Shown here in pieces: positions 9,202 to 17,373 of a DNA stretch of 64,000 nucleotides. This DNA is from Hydrogenovibrio sp. GTDB taxonomy: Bacteria; Pseudomonadota; Gammaproteobacteria; Thiomicrospirales; Thiomicrospiraceae. The stretch lies in the NCBI GenBank assembly GCA_965140365.1, contig OZ223196.1. One strand, given 5' to 3'. A program made the position numbers and the translations under genes. Position 1 is the first letter of the stretch, and the number at the start of each line of letters is the position of its first letter. The notes below the pieces were generated by a model. It did no database searches. It was not told where the DNA came from and saw only the letters and a program-made list of their open reading frames with translations.

Positions 9202-11022
9202 GTGGCGGGGGCTTTTACTCTTAAAAATTTTGCAGAACAGTGTCAACCTGACAAGTTTTATCGGCTTGATATTATTAGGGGTGTTTCATTCGAAAAAGCT
9301 TACGACCCTACGATGCCCTTCCAGTCAGTCATTGTTAATTTCTCTTGTTATTCCAGTGAATATCAGTCGCTCGACAAAATAAGATCCATTCCAGCTAAAG
9401 ACATTTTCAAGTCTTGCTACATCGACAAAACAGCCAACCTGGCCATTGATGTTGATGTAACTAATCTGATTTTTTTAAAACCTGGCACCGTCTGGAGAAA
9501 TGGCGCCTCAATGTGGGAGTCGACTGAATTAACCAATGTCTGCATTAATCAATCTGAAGCAAGCATGGTTTCTTCTTATAGTGAAAGTAAACTTGGAACT
9601 AAAATGCCCTTCCTCTATGGTAGAAAAAATGTCCAGTTTCTGAAATTTCCCAATTCAAAAGTCAAGGACAAGACGATCACTGTTTTGATCCCTACAACTG
9701 AAATCATCCGTTATTATTTTTCGGGTTCAACCTATTTCACGAGAGAGTTGTTTAATGGTGCGCTGAAAAGCTTTAATAACTCTGGTGAAGCCACTAGACT
9801 TTTCTTTAAATATGAGTTCGATGAAGCTAACGAAAGCGTTTATATTTGGTTAAAAAGGAATTGTTTCGATTCGGATGCTTTCATGATTGCCCGCGGTCTG
9901 GCTGATGAAGTCGCAATGAATGCAATGAGCTATATCTACGCTTCTCTGGTACATGCAAAAACAAATTTTAAGACTAAGGATGGCGACATAATCCCAGAAG
10001 TCTGCCCAAGAACAAGTCTTCCATTCTCCGGAGCAACCAATCTTGAAGTTCTGGGGCAGTGGCTACCACGAAAAGATGGTGAAACGGAATTCACAGAATA
10101 TATGGTCAGAACTATCGAGGATTGCGATCACCCACTACCCTTCAAGAAAATCAGAATTGAATCGGTTGATTCTTATCAATCCAGTGGAGAGGTTAATGAG
10201 GATGAAGATCCGAAGCCATCAAAACCAAGAAGAAAACGTGATGAAGATAGTGATCCTAGGCCACCAAACTATACCGAGGGCGAAAGGCCGACCGATGGTA
10301 TTGCTCCTGAAGAGTTGAAGTTCATGATGCGGCGGTTCAGCCACCTAAAAGATGTTCAGGTTGAAAAGGTCGAAAAGGTATCTGAAAAGGAAAAGCAACG
10401 CTATTATCAGCAAGAAAAAGAATCCAATTCAGATGATGGAAGTACTTTGCCTGGCGACTACCGAAAAGATAACGATCTTCAGCCTTGGAATAATAGAGCG
10501 ATAGATTCTGAACCGATCCCTATCTCCGAAAGGTTGGTCACGGTATCAAATGCAGTGGCAACTGTTCTTGAAAGGGAGAGTAGTTGGTTTGCTGAGGCGT
10601 TACCGGTCAATTGTGTCGATGATACCTTACCTTTTGGGCTTTACAGTTTTGAGCGGCCGGCAGGTAAAAATGCTCGATATGATTGGAATATGGTTGGAGA
10701 AAGAAGCCGGAGAGCCTTGTTTTTGGCTATCTCGAACCAAAGTGGCCAAACGGTTTACTTGTTGGAGATTGAAGGTAAAGGAGAGGTCAGCTTTTCGTTG
10801 TTTCTTTTTAGAGCAGATCAATATGAGGGTCTTGATTATTTCGGCGGTGCCAGGTCGTTGATGTTTGAAATAGCAGATTCTTCAGGTTCTAAGATTAAAG
10901 ATGGGATCCTGGAGGACTTTGTTGTGACTAGTATGAAGCATACCGAAAGCGATAATGATAGCTTTGTGGATCGGTTGCATCGTGCTATTGATGGGGTGTT
11001 TAAAGACGATGAGGATGCTTAA
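9202..11022 (+). CDS. hypothetical protein (orf606): two globular regions joined by a charged low-complexity linker
   Basis: 606-aa ORF with a GTG start and an AAGGAG RBS at 9187-9192. Residues ~320-430 are D/E/K/P-rich (EDEDPKPSKPRRKRDEDSDPRPPNYTEGERP...). I recognise no catalytic motif. Confidence 0.6.
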   Translation: MAGAFTLKNFAEQCQPDKFYRLDIIRGVSFEKAYDPTMPFQSVIVNFSCYSSEYQSLDKIRSIPAKDIFKSCYIDKTANLAIDVDVTNLIFLKPGTVWRNGASMWESTELTNVCINQSEASMVSSYSESKLGTKMPFLYGRKNVQFLKFPNSKVKDKTITVLIPTTEIIRYYFSGSTYFTRELFNGALKSFNNSGEATRLFFKYEFDEANESVYIWLKRNCFDSDAFMIARGLADEVAMNAMSYIYASLVHAKTNFKTKDGDIIPEVCPRTSLPFSGATNLEVLGQWLPRKDGETEFTEYMVRTIEDCDHPLPFKKIRIESVDSYQSSGEVNEDEDPKPSKPRRKRDEDSDPRPPNYTEGERPTDGIAPEELKFMMRRFSHLKDVQVEKVEKVSEKEKQRYYQQEKESNSDDGSTLPGDYRKDNDLQPWNNRAIDSEPIPISERLVTVSNAVATVLERESSWFAEALPVNCVDDTLPFGLYSFERPAGKNARYDWNMVGERSRRALFLAISNQSGQTVYLLEIEGKGEVSFSLFLFRADQYEGLDYFGGARSLMFEIADSSGSKIKDGILEDFVVTSMKHTESDNDSFVDRLHRAIDGVFKDDEDA

Positions 11023-11043
11023 AAATGATTAGAGGGTGGTTTG

Positions 11044-11355
11044 ATGCCGGCTAAAGAGATTGCTATCGCAGCTTTGATTGCAACCAGTGGTGTTACGGAT
11101 GCTGAGTCACCTAAAGAAAAAATCCTATTTGGCGGTGATATGGCTCTAGTCGCTACCGAGCGTTGTGTCGCGGACGGTCGGGATATTTATAAAGGGTTTA
11201 CTCTTATCTCGGATTATCAGAATGGGTACTTTAAGGTTAATTGTCAGATATTGGAAACAACTACGGGTGATTACTATGCTTCCAAGGGAGTTTATTATGA
11301 GAATTCGGAAATGCTTGATCTTCTGATTGATTTATTTGATAGGCGTGTAGATTAA
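11044..11355 (+). CDS. hypothetical small protein (orf104)
   Basis: ORF begins 22 nt after the orf606 stop on the same strand, with a purine-rich stretch agagggtgg upstream. No recognisable motif. Confidence 0.45.
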   Translation: MPAKEIAIAALIATSGVTDAESPKEKILFGGDMALVATERCVADGRDIYKGFTLISDYQNGYFKVNCQILETTTGDYYASKGVYYENSEMLDLLIDLFDRRVD

Positions 11356-11619
11356 TAATTCAAGCAAACGAAAAAGCACACATGTGGCACCCAATAAAGA
11401 GGGACATTCGCTAGTCTGGCTCGGAGAGGTTTTCTGCGCATTTTGATACCAAAAAGGAAGCGGAGTTTCATGCTAGAGAAAGCAGCCAAAATCAGGAAAC
11501 CGAATTGCTGATTCATAACAGGCATGGGAAAAGTGTTGCCTTCAAACTTTAAAATATGGAATTTCTATTGTGTCGAAGTTCCATAGAAGTCATTGGTTGC
11601 TGGAAAGAAAGGAGTTGAT

Positions 11620-12081
11620 ATGTTTGGATTATTTAGGTATTTCTTTGCTTTGGTTGTTTTGAGCTTGGGAGTATTTGGTATATCTGTTGCCGATAATCGG
11701 AATTTCGGCGCTGTTGTTGTAGATGAGGTAACTAGCATTTATGACGGTGATACTTTTCGAGTCAATATCAATGATTGGCTGGCGATTATTGGGTAAAGGA
11801 TTCCTATTCGGGTTAAAGGTATTGATACACCAGAACTTCGAGGTAAATGTTAGAAAGAAAAAGAGTTGGCAAGAAAAGCTAAACGGCACATTGCTCAGCT
11901 GATTCGGGGTGCCAAAATAATTCAATTACAAAATATTGACAGGGGAAAATATTTTCGCATCCTTATGGATGTATCGGTTTGATGGTTTGAGACTTGGGAG
12001 AAAGTCTTATTTTGAATGGTTTTGCTGTAAGGTAATGACGGTGGAGCTAAGGTTGATTGGTGCGAATTAGTAATAAATTAG
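11620..12081 (+). pseudogene. staphylococcal-nuclease (SNase/thermonuclease)-like secreted nuclease, decayed
   Basis: Signal peptide MFGLFRYFFALVVLSLGVFGISVA, then ...IYDGDTFRVNINDW...IPIRVKGIDTPELRGKC*KEKELARKAKRHIAQL...RGKYFRIL. In-frame TAA (11794) and TAG (11851) are present. At least two frameshifts come before DLGESLILNGFAVR and DGGAKVDWC. Confidence 0.7.
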
Positions 12082-12089
12082 GGTTGAGT

Positions 12090-13097
12090 ATGCAAATAAA
12101 TCACGCGATTGTTCATAAGTTACAAAAAGAGCTTCATCAAGAGTCAAATGTTCTTCCTCGCCAAACGCCGCTCGAGGTAAACGAAAACCTCGAGCAGTTA
12201 GTTGGCTACATTATCACTTTGTATAATGAAAAAACCGGGCGAGGTTATGGCAAGTTTTACAGTGATAATGTCAGCTATCCATTTAGCAAATTACTGTCAG
12301 ATTTTCAGAGTGAGGAAGTTGACACTGATTTTATTGCGTTTACCTTCTCTGCTATGGATTTATTAAAGTCCAGAATTGATGGTGAGGGCCTAGCGACTGG
12401 TGGATATATCTTATTTATTGAATACGAACACCGCCAAAGCAAAATTGTTTTAGTTGTATCACTTAAAGACAAAGACGGGTTTATCTTTGATGATAATCTG
12501 GATTTGGATAATCAGCCGCATATTGATTTAGAACATTTGCATGAAATGGCTCGTATTGATACCACTAAGTGGCACTTAGGAAATGAAGGTCGTTATCTTT
12601 CATTTGCGAAAAAACGACAAAATGCAGACAGAAGCTTTAGTCGCTATTTTAGAGAGTTTATTGGGTGTGATGAATTCGAAGAGGAAAATCAACTCACTCA
12701 AGAAGTCGTGAGCGCATGTAAGGCTTATGCAAAGTTTGGTCCCCTAAGTGAAGAGCGCAAGCTTGAGATATTGGAAATTACGCATAACTATATGGAAGAA
12801 ATTTATAAATCGAATGGCGTTTTTAAAGTCCATGACCTAGCAACTAGACTAGATCCGGAAACTCCTGATAGGTTTACCTCTTACATGTATGCTCAAGAAA
12901 TTGAATTATCTGACGGCTTTAAACCTAACAAAAGTGCCTACAGAGGTTTGAAGAGACGTACCATAAGAGATGGAACAATTGCCTTGTCATTTAATGCAAG
13001 CGATTTAGGTAAGTCTGTAACTCATACTGAGGGCGAGGAATTTATTCGTGTTAAACTCTCCCCAGAAAAAATCAAAGAACTCACTGAAGCCAACTAA
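12090..13097 (+). CDS. nucleoid-associated protein NdpA/YejK (NA37) family homologue
   Basis: From the ATG at 12090: MQINHAIVHKLQKE... followed by ...GGYILFIEYEH..IVLVVSLKD, ...MARIDTTKWHLGNEGRYLSFAKKR and ...YFREFIGCDE. The order and spacing of these blocks parallel E. coli YejK as I remember it. The track's TTG at 12057 is probably too far upstream. Confidence 0.7.
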   Translation: MQINHAIVHKLQKELHQESNVLPRQTPLEVNENLEQLVGYIITLYNEKTGRGYGKFYSDNVSYPFSKLLSDFQSEEVDTDFIAFTFSAMDLLKSRIDGEGLATGGYILFIEYEHRQSKIVLVVSLKDKDGFIFDDNLDLDNQPHIDLEHLHEMARIDTTKWHLGNEGRYLSFAKKRQNADRSFSRYFREFIGCDEFEEENQLTQEVVSACKAYAKFGPLSEERKLEILEITHNYMEEIYKSNGVFKVHDLATRLDPETPDRFTSYMYAQEIELSDGFKPNKSAYRGLKRRTIRDGTIALSFNASDLGKSVTHTEGEEFIRVKLSPEKIKELTEAN

Positions 13098-13104
13098 ATA
13101 AATT

Positions 13105-14310
13105 ATGTCTGAGTCAAGCATACAGGTAACTTGTAAAGATGAAATCAAGGCGATTCTTGATGTTATCGCTTGTATGCAAAACCCAGAATATGAAAACGAT
13201 TATGTAGAAGGTGAGGTTTCAAATTCGCCCGAAAATGATAAGAAAATCCAGGCGCTCATTGCTATTAATTCGGATCGTTATTCATTTGGTTCACTAAGTC
13301 GTTGCCCAGAAATATCTATTCAACTGCCTAAAAGACAGGACTGCTTTTTTGCTCAAAATATTAATGATTTATTGGCTAAAGACTTTTCACAAGAAAAGCA
13401 GCCCAGTTGTTGGTATTTACAAGATAAAGGTTTGTTTTTTCCTGATGAAGTAGATCAATGTGGTGATCAACAAGTCAAAAATTATTTGGCGTTAATTGAT
13501 TTAATTGATGTGCTTAAGAGTATTGCTGACCATACTAGCACTAACTCACTCATTTTTCTTCAGGGTGAAAAGTTAGAAATCACTATTGAATACGATGTTG
13601 AAGATTTAACAGAGCTAAGCGAGGTAGATGAATTTAAAAATCACCTTTCGGATAAATTGCATCTAGAGCAGAGAAAAGCAATTTTCAAAAAAGTGTTATT
13701 GGATCAATTATCACGAACGCAAAAGAAAGGCCGTTTTAAAAAACTTATAAACCAGTTTGATCAGATTTATGACCGCTATCTTGAAAATTATAAGGTTTAT
13801 GTATCCGAGTTCTCTGTAGAAAGCGTCATGGATGAGTTGCATGAAAAAAAGATTGAATTCGTCAGTAAGTTTAGCGATACCTTATCAAATATACAAAATC
13901 AATTATTAACAATACCTGTTGCGGTAATTCTTATAGCGAGCCAACTTCAAAAAACAGGATTATCCCTTAAGAATGTTGCAGTATTAATTGCCGGACTGAT
14001 ATTTTTTGGCTTCATGCGGATGTTAGTTTCCAATCAACGCTCCATCCTTGAGTATTTGCATACCGAACTGCAACACACCAGAGAGCAGTTTAAAAAGAAG
14101 TATGATGATTCACTTTCGAATCAGCTTGATAAGGTTTTTAATGACCTTGAGTGTCGATATATCAAACAAAAAAAATTGCTTAAAATTGTAATGAAATCAA
14201 TCTGGTTTATTCTTGTCACTGTAATTATTATGTTTACGATTCAGAGCCAAGATATAAGTTTGGATTCTTTCATAGTTTGGTTTACTAGGTTATTTGATCC
14301 TTGTGAATAA
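13105..14310 (+). CDS. hypothetical membrane protein: ~265-aa soluble N-terminal region plus 3 predicted TM helices
   Basis: Starts 7 nt after the NA37-like gene. Hydrophobic segments are LLTIPVAVILIASQL, VAVLIAGLIFFGFMRMLV and IWFILVTVIIMFTI. No recognisable enzymatic motif. Confidence 0.6.
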   Translation: MSESSIQVTCKDEIKAILDVIACMQNPEYENDYVEGEVSNSPENDKKIQALIAINSDRYSFGSLSRCPEISIQLPKRQDCFFAQNINDLLAKDFSQEKQPSCWYLQDKGLFFPDEVDQCGDQQVKNYLALIDLIDVLKSIADHTSTNSLIFLQGEKLEITIEYDVEDLTELSEVDEFKNHLSDKLHLEQRKAIFKKVLLDQLSRTQKKGRFKKLINQFDQIYDRYLENYKVYVSEFSVESVMDELHEKKIEFVSKFSDTLSNIQNQLLTIPVAVILIASQLQKTGLSLKNVAVLIAGLIFFGFMRMLVSNQRSILEYLHTELQHTREQFKKKYDDSLSNQLDKVFNDLECRYIKQKKLLKIVMKSIWFILVTVIIMFTIQSQDISLDSFIVWFTRLFDPCE

Positions 14311-14363
14311 TCCATAATAGATTATGGATTTGGATCGCAACATATTGGGCATACAGCTCTCAC

Positions 14364-15173
14364 TCACTGCTCCTTTCGCAGTGATTTTGTTCGGAATAGA
14401 TAAATTTGAAACTCTGGTGGGTGTTGAGTTTCAGGGTTTTCCGCAGCTTCTAAGTCTCTCAAGACATATCTTATTAAGGCACGCCGAGTTGTAATACGCC
14501 TCCCAACGGTGCCTTTGAACAACTCATCTCGAATCAGTTTTTCTTGTCCCTCGGTCAATGATGGATGTGGTCGAAACTCAAGTTGGACCTTTTCTTCCCA
14601 TTCGACATCAGTAGGGGTGTCTACACCCTTAGAAGCTGACCCCGCATGCGATATTCGAGCAAGATTGAAATCGCGGTGCTGTTCGGTGAGTTCATCGAAC
14701 CCCCTTACATGCCATCTTCTCCCAGCGAAGACAAAAGCCTTGGGATGGACGACGCGTTCAATGCCCTCTGGATTATTCATAGACCTGTAGAAAATTCTGG
14801 TAGCTGAACACTGATCCATAGCTGAATGAATTACTCGAAATAAGGCGGGATCAACGTTGGTAAAGTCTCTCTGGGTGTCCTCAACTTTGACATGAGTTAC
14901 TTGGTCCTTCACCGACCGAAAATAGGCTTCGATAGTAAGATCGGCGATTTCAGGCTTGAATCGAGCCGTGGGAACATAGCGCCCACGGCCCTGCCCTTTT
15001 AGCGTTTTCGTATTGTACGGGAATGCATCCCGATAGGAAGCCAATACCCGTGAGGCCTGCACGCTGGTTACGCCAAACTTTTCTCTAAGGCGTTGATTAG
15101 TTATCTCGCCTTCGTATGCTAGTAACATCTCTATGAACTCAAACTGCAGTCGCGTTCGGTTGCCCAATGTCAT
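14364..15173 (-). CDS. WYL-domain transcriptional regulator (BrxR/CapW-like)
   Basis: N-terminal wHTH (ITNQRLREKFGVTSVQASRVLASYRD) and a WYL-type core (HPKAFVFAGRRWHVRGFDELTEQHRDFNLARI). It is divergent from jetA. Confidence 0.8.
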   Translation of the reverse strand: MTLGNRTRLQFEFIEMLLAYEGEITNQRLREKFGVTSVQASRVLASYRDAFPYNTKTLKGQGRGRYVPTARFKPEIADLTIEAYFRSVKDQVTHVKVEDTQRDFTNVDPALFRVIHSAMDQCSATRIFYRSMNNPEGIERVVHPKAFVFAGRRWHVRGFDELTEQHRDFNLARISHAGSASKGVDTPTDVEWEEKVQLEFRPHPSLTEGQEKLIRDELFKGTVGRRITTRRALIRYVLRDLEAAENPETQHPPEFQIYLFRTKSLRKEQ

Positions 15174-15193
15174 AACTCTCTACTGGATTTCTA

Positions 15194-15226
15194 TTAACAT
15201 AAGTGTTAATTTAACATTAATGTTAA
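15194..15226. promoter_or_regulatory. twin palindromic operator candidates in the WYL/jetA divergent intergenic region
   Basis: TTAACAtaagTGTTAA (15194-15209), a single t, then TTAACAttaaTGTTAA (15211-15226). The second is a perfect 16-bp palindrome. Both lie within the 81-bp gap between the two start codons. Confidence 0.6.
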
Positions 15227-15254
15227 CTAATAGTCTAGATGGATTAGGTGAACA

Positions 15255-16745
15255 ATGCCTGAAGAACCGGACAACTTGTTTGATCGTTTACCGGAGCACA
15301 TTTTCAGACCGCTTGGGGCTCATGAGCACGCGCGTCGCAATTGGTCGCTTCTAAATCACCTGTATAACGATTTTTTTGCCCCTGAGGCTGACCCACCGGA
15401 AGGTGAAGGCTGGTCACAAAAACGCGTGGTGGCTTCGATTGAGCGATTTTTAGTTCGATGGGATGATGAGCATGAAACTAATTTTGAGCAACGAGGGGCT
15501 CCTGTAAACGTACGCGCACATGATGCTCTTTCAAGCTTTCTGGATAGTGGTTGGCTTACCATTGATCGAGTTGGTTTTACACAATTTGTGATTATGCGCC
15601 CAACTGTCCAAAGCCTCTTTGAGTTGCTCAAAACATTTGCTGAGCAAGGACCCGAGTTTATTGGTGGGCGTGTGCAATCGGTCCGGAATAACTTGCTGCA
15701 GGTAAAGGCAGACCCTGAAAAGAACGCTGCTGTATTTCAAGTTGCTGCCAAAGAATGCTCTGCGCTTCTTCAAATGTTGAACACCACTCGCATGCGGGTT
15801 CGCGAGGCCAGCGAATATTTGCGTACCCAGGAATCAGCAAACCTATTCCTAGAGAAATTCTTTGGAGATTACATCTCTAGTCTCTATATCGGAGATTATT
15901 CAGACCTCTTTTCCCGTAATCATCCACTCGCATCACGCTGGGATATCGTTGATCTCGCTTCCCGAATTACCGAAGAACCAGAAAGTCGGGAGCAATTGCG
16001 TCGATGGTATCGCAAAAACCTACGTTGCCGCTCTAACGAGGAAGCGGATGCATGGATTGAAAGTGATACTTCTCGCGTATTGGCATTGCGCGAAGTCGAC
16101 CGATTGCTCGCACGTCTGAAAGATGCAGTAACCCGCGCAAATGACCAAGCCCTTGGCTATCTCCAGTATAAAGTACGTTCTCAGGGTAATTTCGATATTA
16201 AGACCGATCAGGTCATAAAAGCAGTTGTGCGGGCTGCTGATTCTTGGCCTAACGACGAACCTTTATCTTTACCGATAGGCTGGTCGCAAGGAAGGCTCTT
16301 GAGTGAGGGAGCATTGAAGATGCCGACCAAGAAGCCGAAAAAACGCAAAGGAGCAGTCATCCAGAAACGTCAGTTATCACCAGAGGAAAGAGTTCGACGT
16401 TTGGTCCGCCAAATTATGAATGGCAACCGGGAAGTTTCCGAAACGCGGATTATTCAGTACATTGACCATCACGTAGACCCCGGAGGGGTTCTAGAAAGCA
16501 GTTCTATGGAAGTGGGTAGCATCAACGATCTATGCATCTTGGCAGCATTCACTCGACTGGGGTTGATAGCTGAACGAACGCAAAGGAATACACGCCAAGG
16601 TATTTTACGCCCGAAATTATTTGAGGAACTCAGCGAACATATTGAGATTGAGCTCACAGGTGAACGCTTTGAAAACGAATACTTAGAAGCGCCTGTAGTA
16701 AGGATACGCCGCCGGAAAAAAGGGAGTCCAAACAATGCCTATTAG
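15255..16745 (+). CDS. jetA: Wadjet JetA (MksF/kleisin-like subunit)
   Basis: 496-aa first gene of a four-gene overlapping operon whose sizes (496/212/1140/412 aa) and order match JetABCD. The assignment rests mainly on context. Confidence 0.7.
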   Translation: MPEEPDNLFDRLPEHIFRPLGAHEHARRNWSLLNHLYNDFFAPEADPPEGEGWSQKRVVASIERFLVRWDDEHETNFEQRGAPVNVRAHDALSSFLDSGWLTIDRVGFTQFVIMRPTVQSLFELLKTFAEQGPEFIGGRVQSVRNNLLQVKADPEKNAAVFQVAAKECSALLQMLNTTRMRVREASEYLRTQESANLFLEKFFGDYISSLYIGDYSDLFSRNHPLASRWDIVDLASRITEEPESREQLRRWYRKNLRCRSNEEADAWIESDTSRVLALREVDRLLARLKDAVTRANDQALGYLQYKVRSQGNFDIKTDQVIKAVVRAADSWPNDEPLSLPIGWSQGRLLSEGALKMPTKKPKKRKGAVIQKRQLSPEERVRRLVRQIMNGNREVSETRIIQYIDHHVDPGGVLESSSMEVGSINDLCILAAFTRLGLIAERTQRNTRQGILRPKLFEELSEHIEIELTGERFENEYLEAPVVRIRRRKKGSPNNAY

Positions 16746-17373
16746 TTGGAAACGTATTGCAGAACAAGACGAAGCTTACACTGTTCGGGATTTTCAAAAA
16801 GCGGCGCAACGCCTGATTGTTGACCAAGTATTGTACCAAGCAAACCCGAAGCAGAGAGCAGATTATGATTTGGTGGCGACACATGAAATTGTCTTTGCAG
16901 AAGCGCTGGATCTATTTGGCTGCATGCTTGATCTCAATGTTCAAGAGCGATACGCAGCTTGCGTTCCAACGGTCACCGAGGTGAGCAAGATTCCTCTGAT
17001 GCACACTTTGTTAGCTTTAGTATTGCGAAAACTTTATGACCATCACATGAATAGTGGGTCACTTCACGCAGGCATTGCTGGAGTTAGCTTGCCTGAACTC
17101 GAAGCGGCATTCCAGGAATCAACAGGGCGAGAATTGCCAATGAAGCCCCAATCGGAGCTGCTAGGGATGATGGACGCGATGAAGAGGTGGGGGATAGCTC
17201 GCTTGGTCAGAACTGAGAACTTAGGAGAGGCAGCATGGTTTGCAGAGATTCTTCCTGGAATTCAGAGCCTGATCAACGAGAGAACTCTCGTCATGCTGAA
17301 ATCACATGCCGAATTTCTGTATGAGCCTGATGGTTTGGATGATAAAGAACAACAAAAGGAGAGCTCTTTATGA
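16735..17373 (+). CDS. jetB: Wadjet JetB (MksE-like, DUF4194-type)
   Basis: 212-aa acidic protein. It overlaps jetA by 11 nt and jetC by 4 nt. Confidence 0.7.
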   Translation: MPISWKRIAEQDEAYTVRDFQKAAQRLIVDQVLYQANPKQRADYDLVATHEIVFAEALDLFGCMLDLNVQERYAACVPTVTEVSKIPLMHTLLALVLRKLYDHHMNSGSLHAGIAGVSLPELEAAFQESTGRELPMKPQSELLGMMDAMKRWGIARLVRTENLGEAAWFAEILPGIQSLINERTLVMLKSHAEFLYEPDGLDDKEQQKESSL

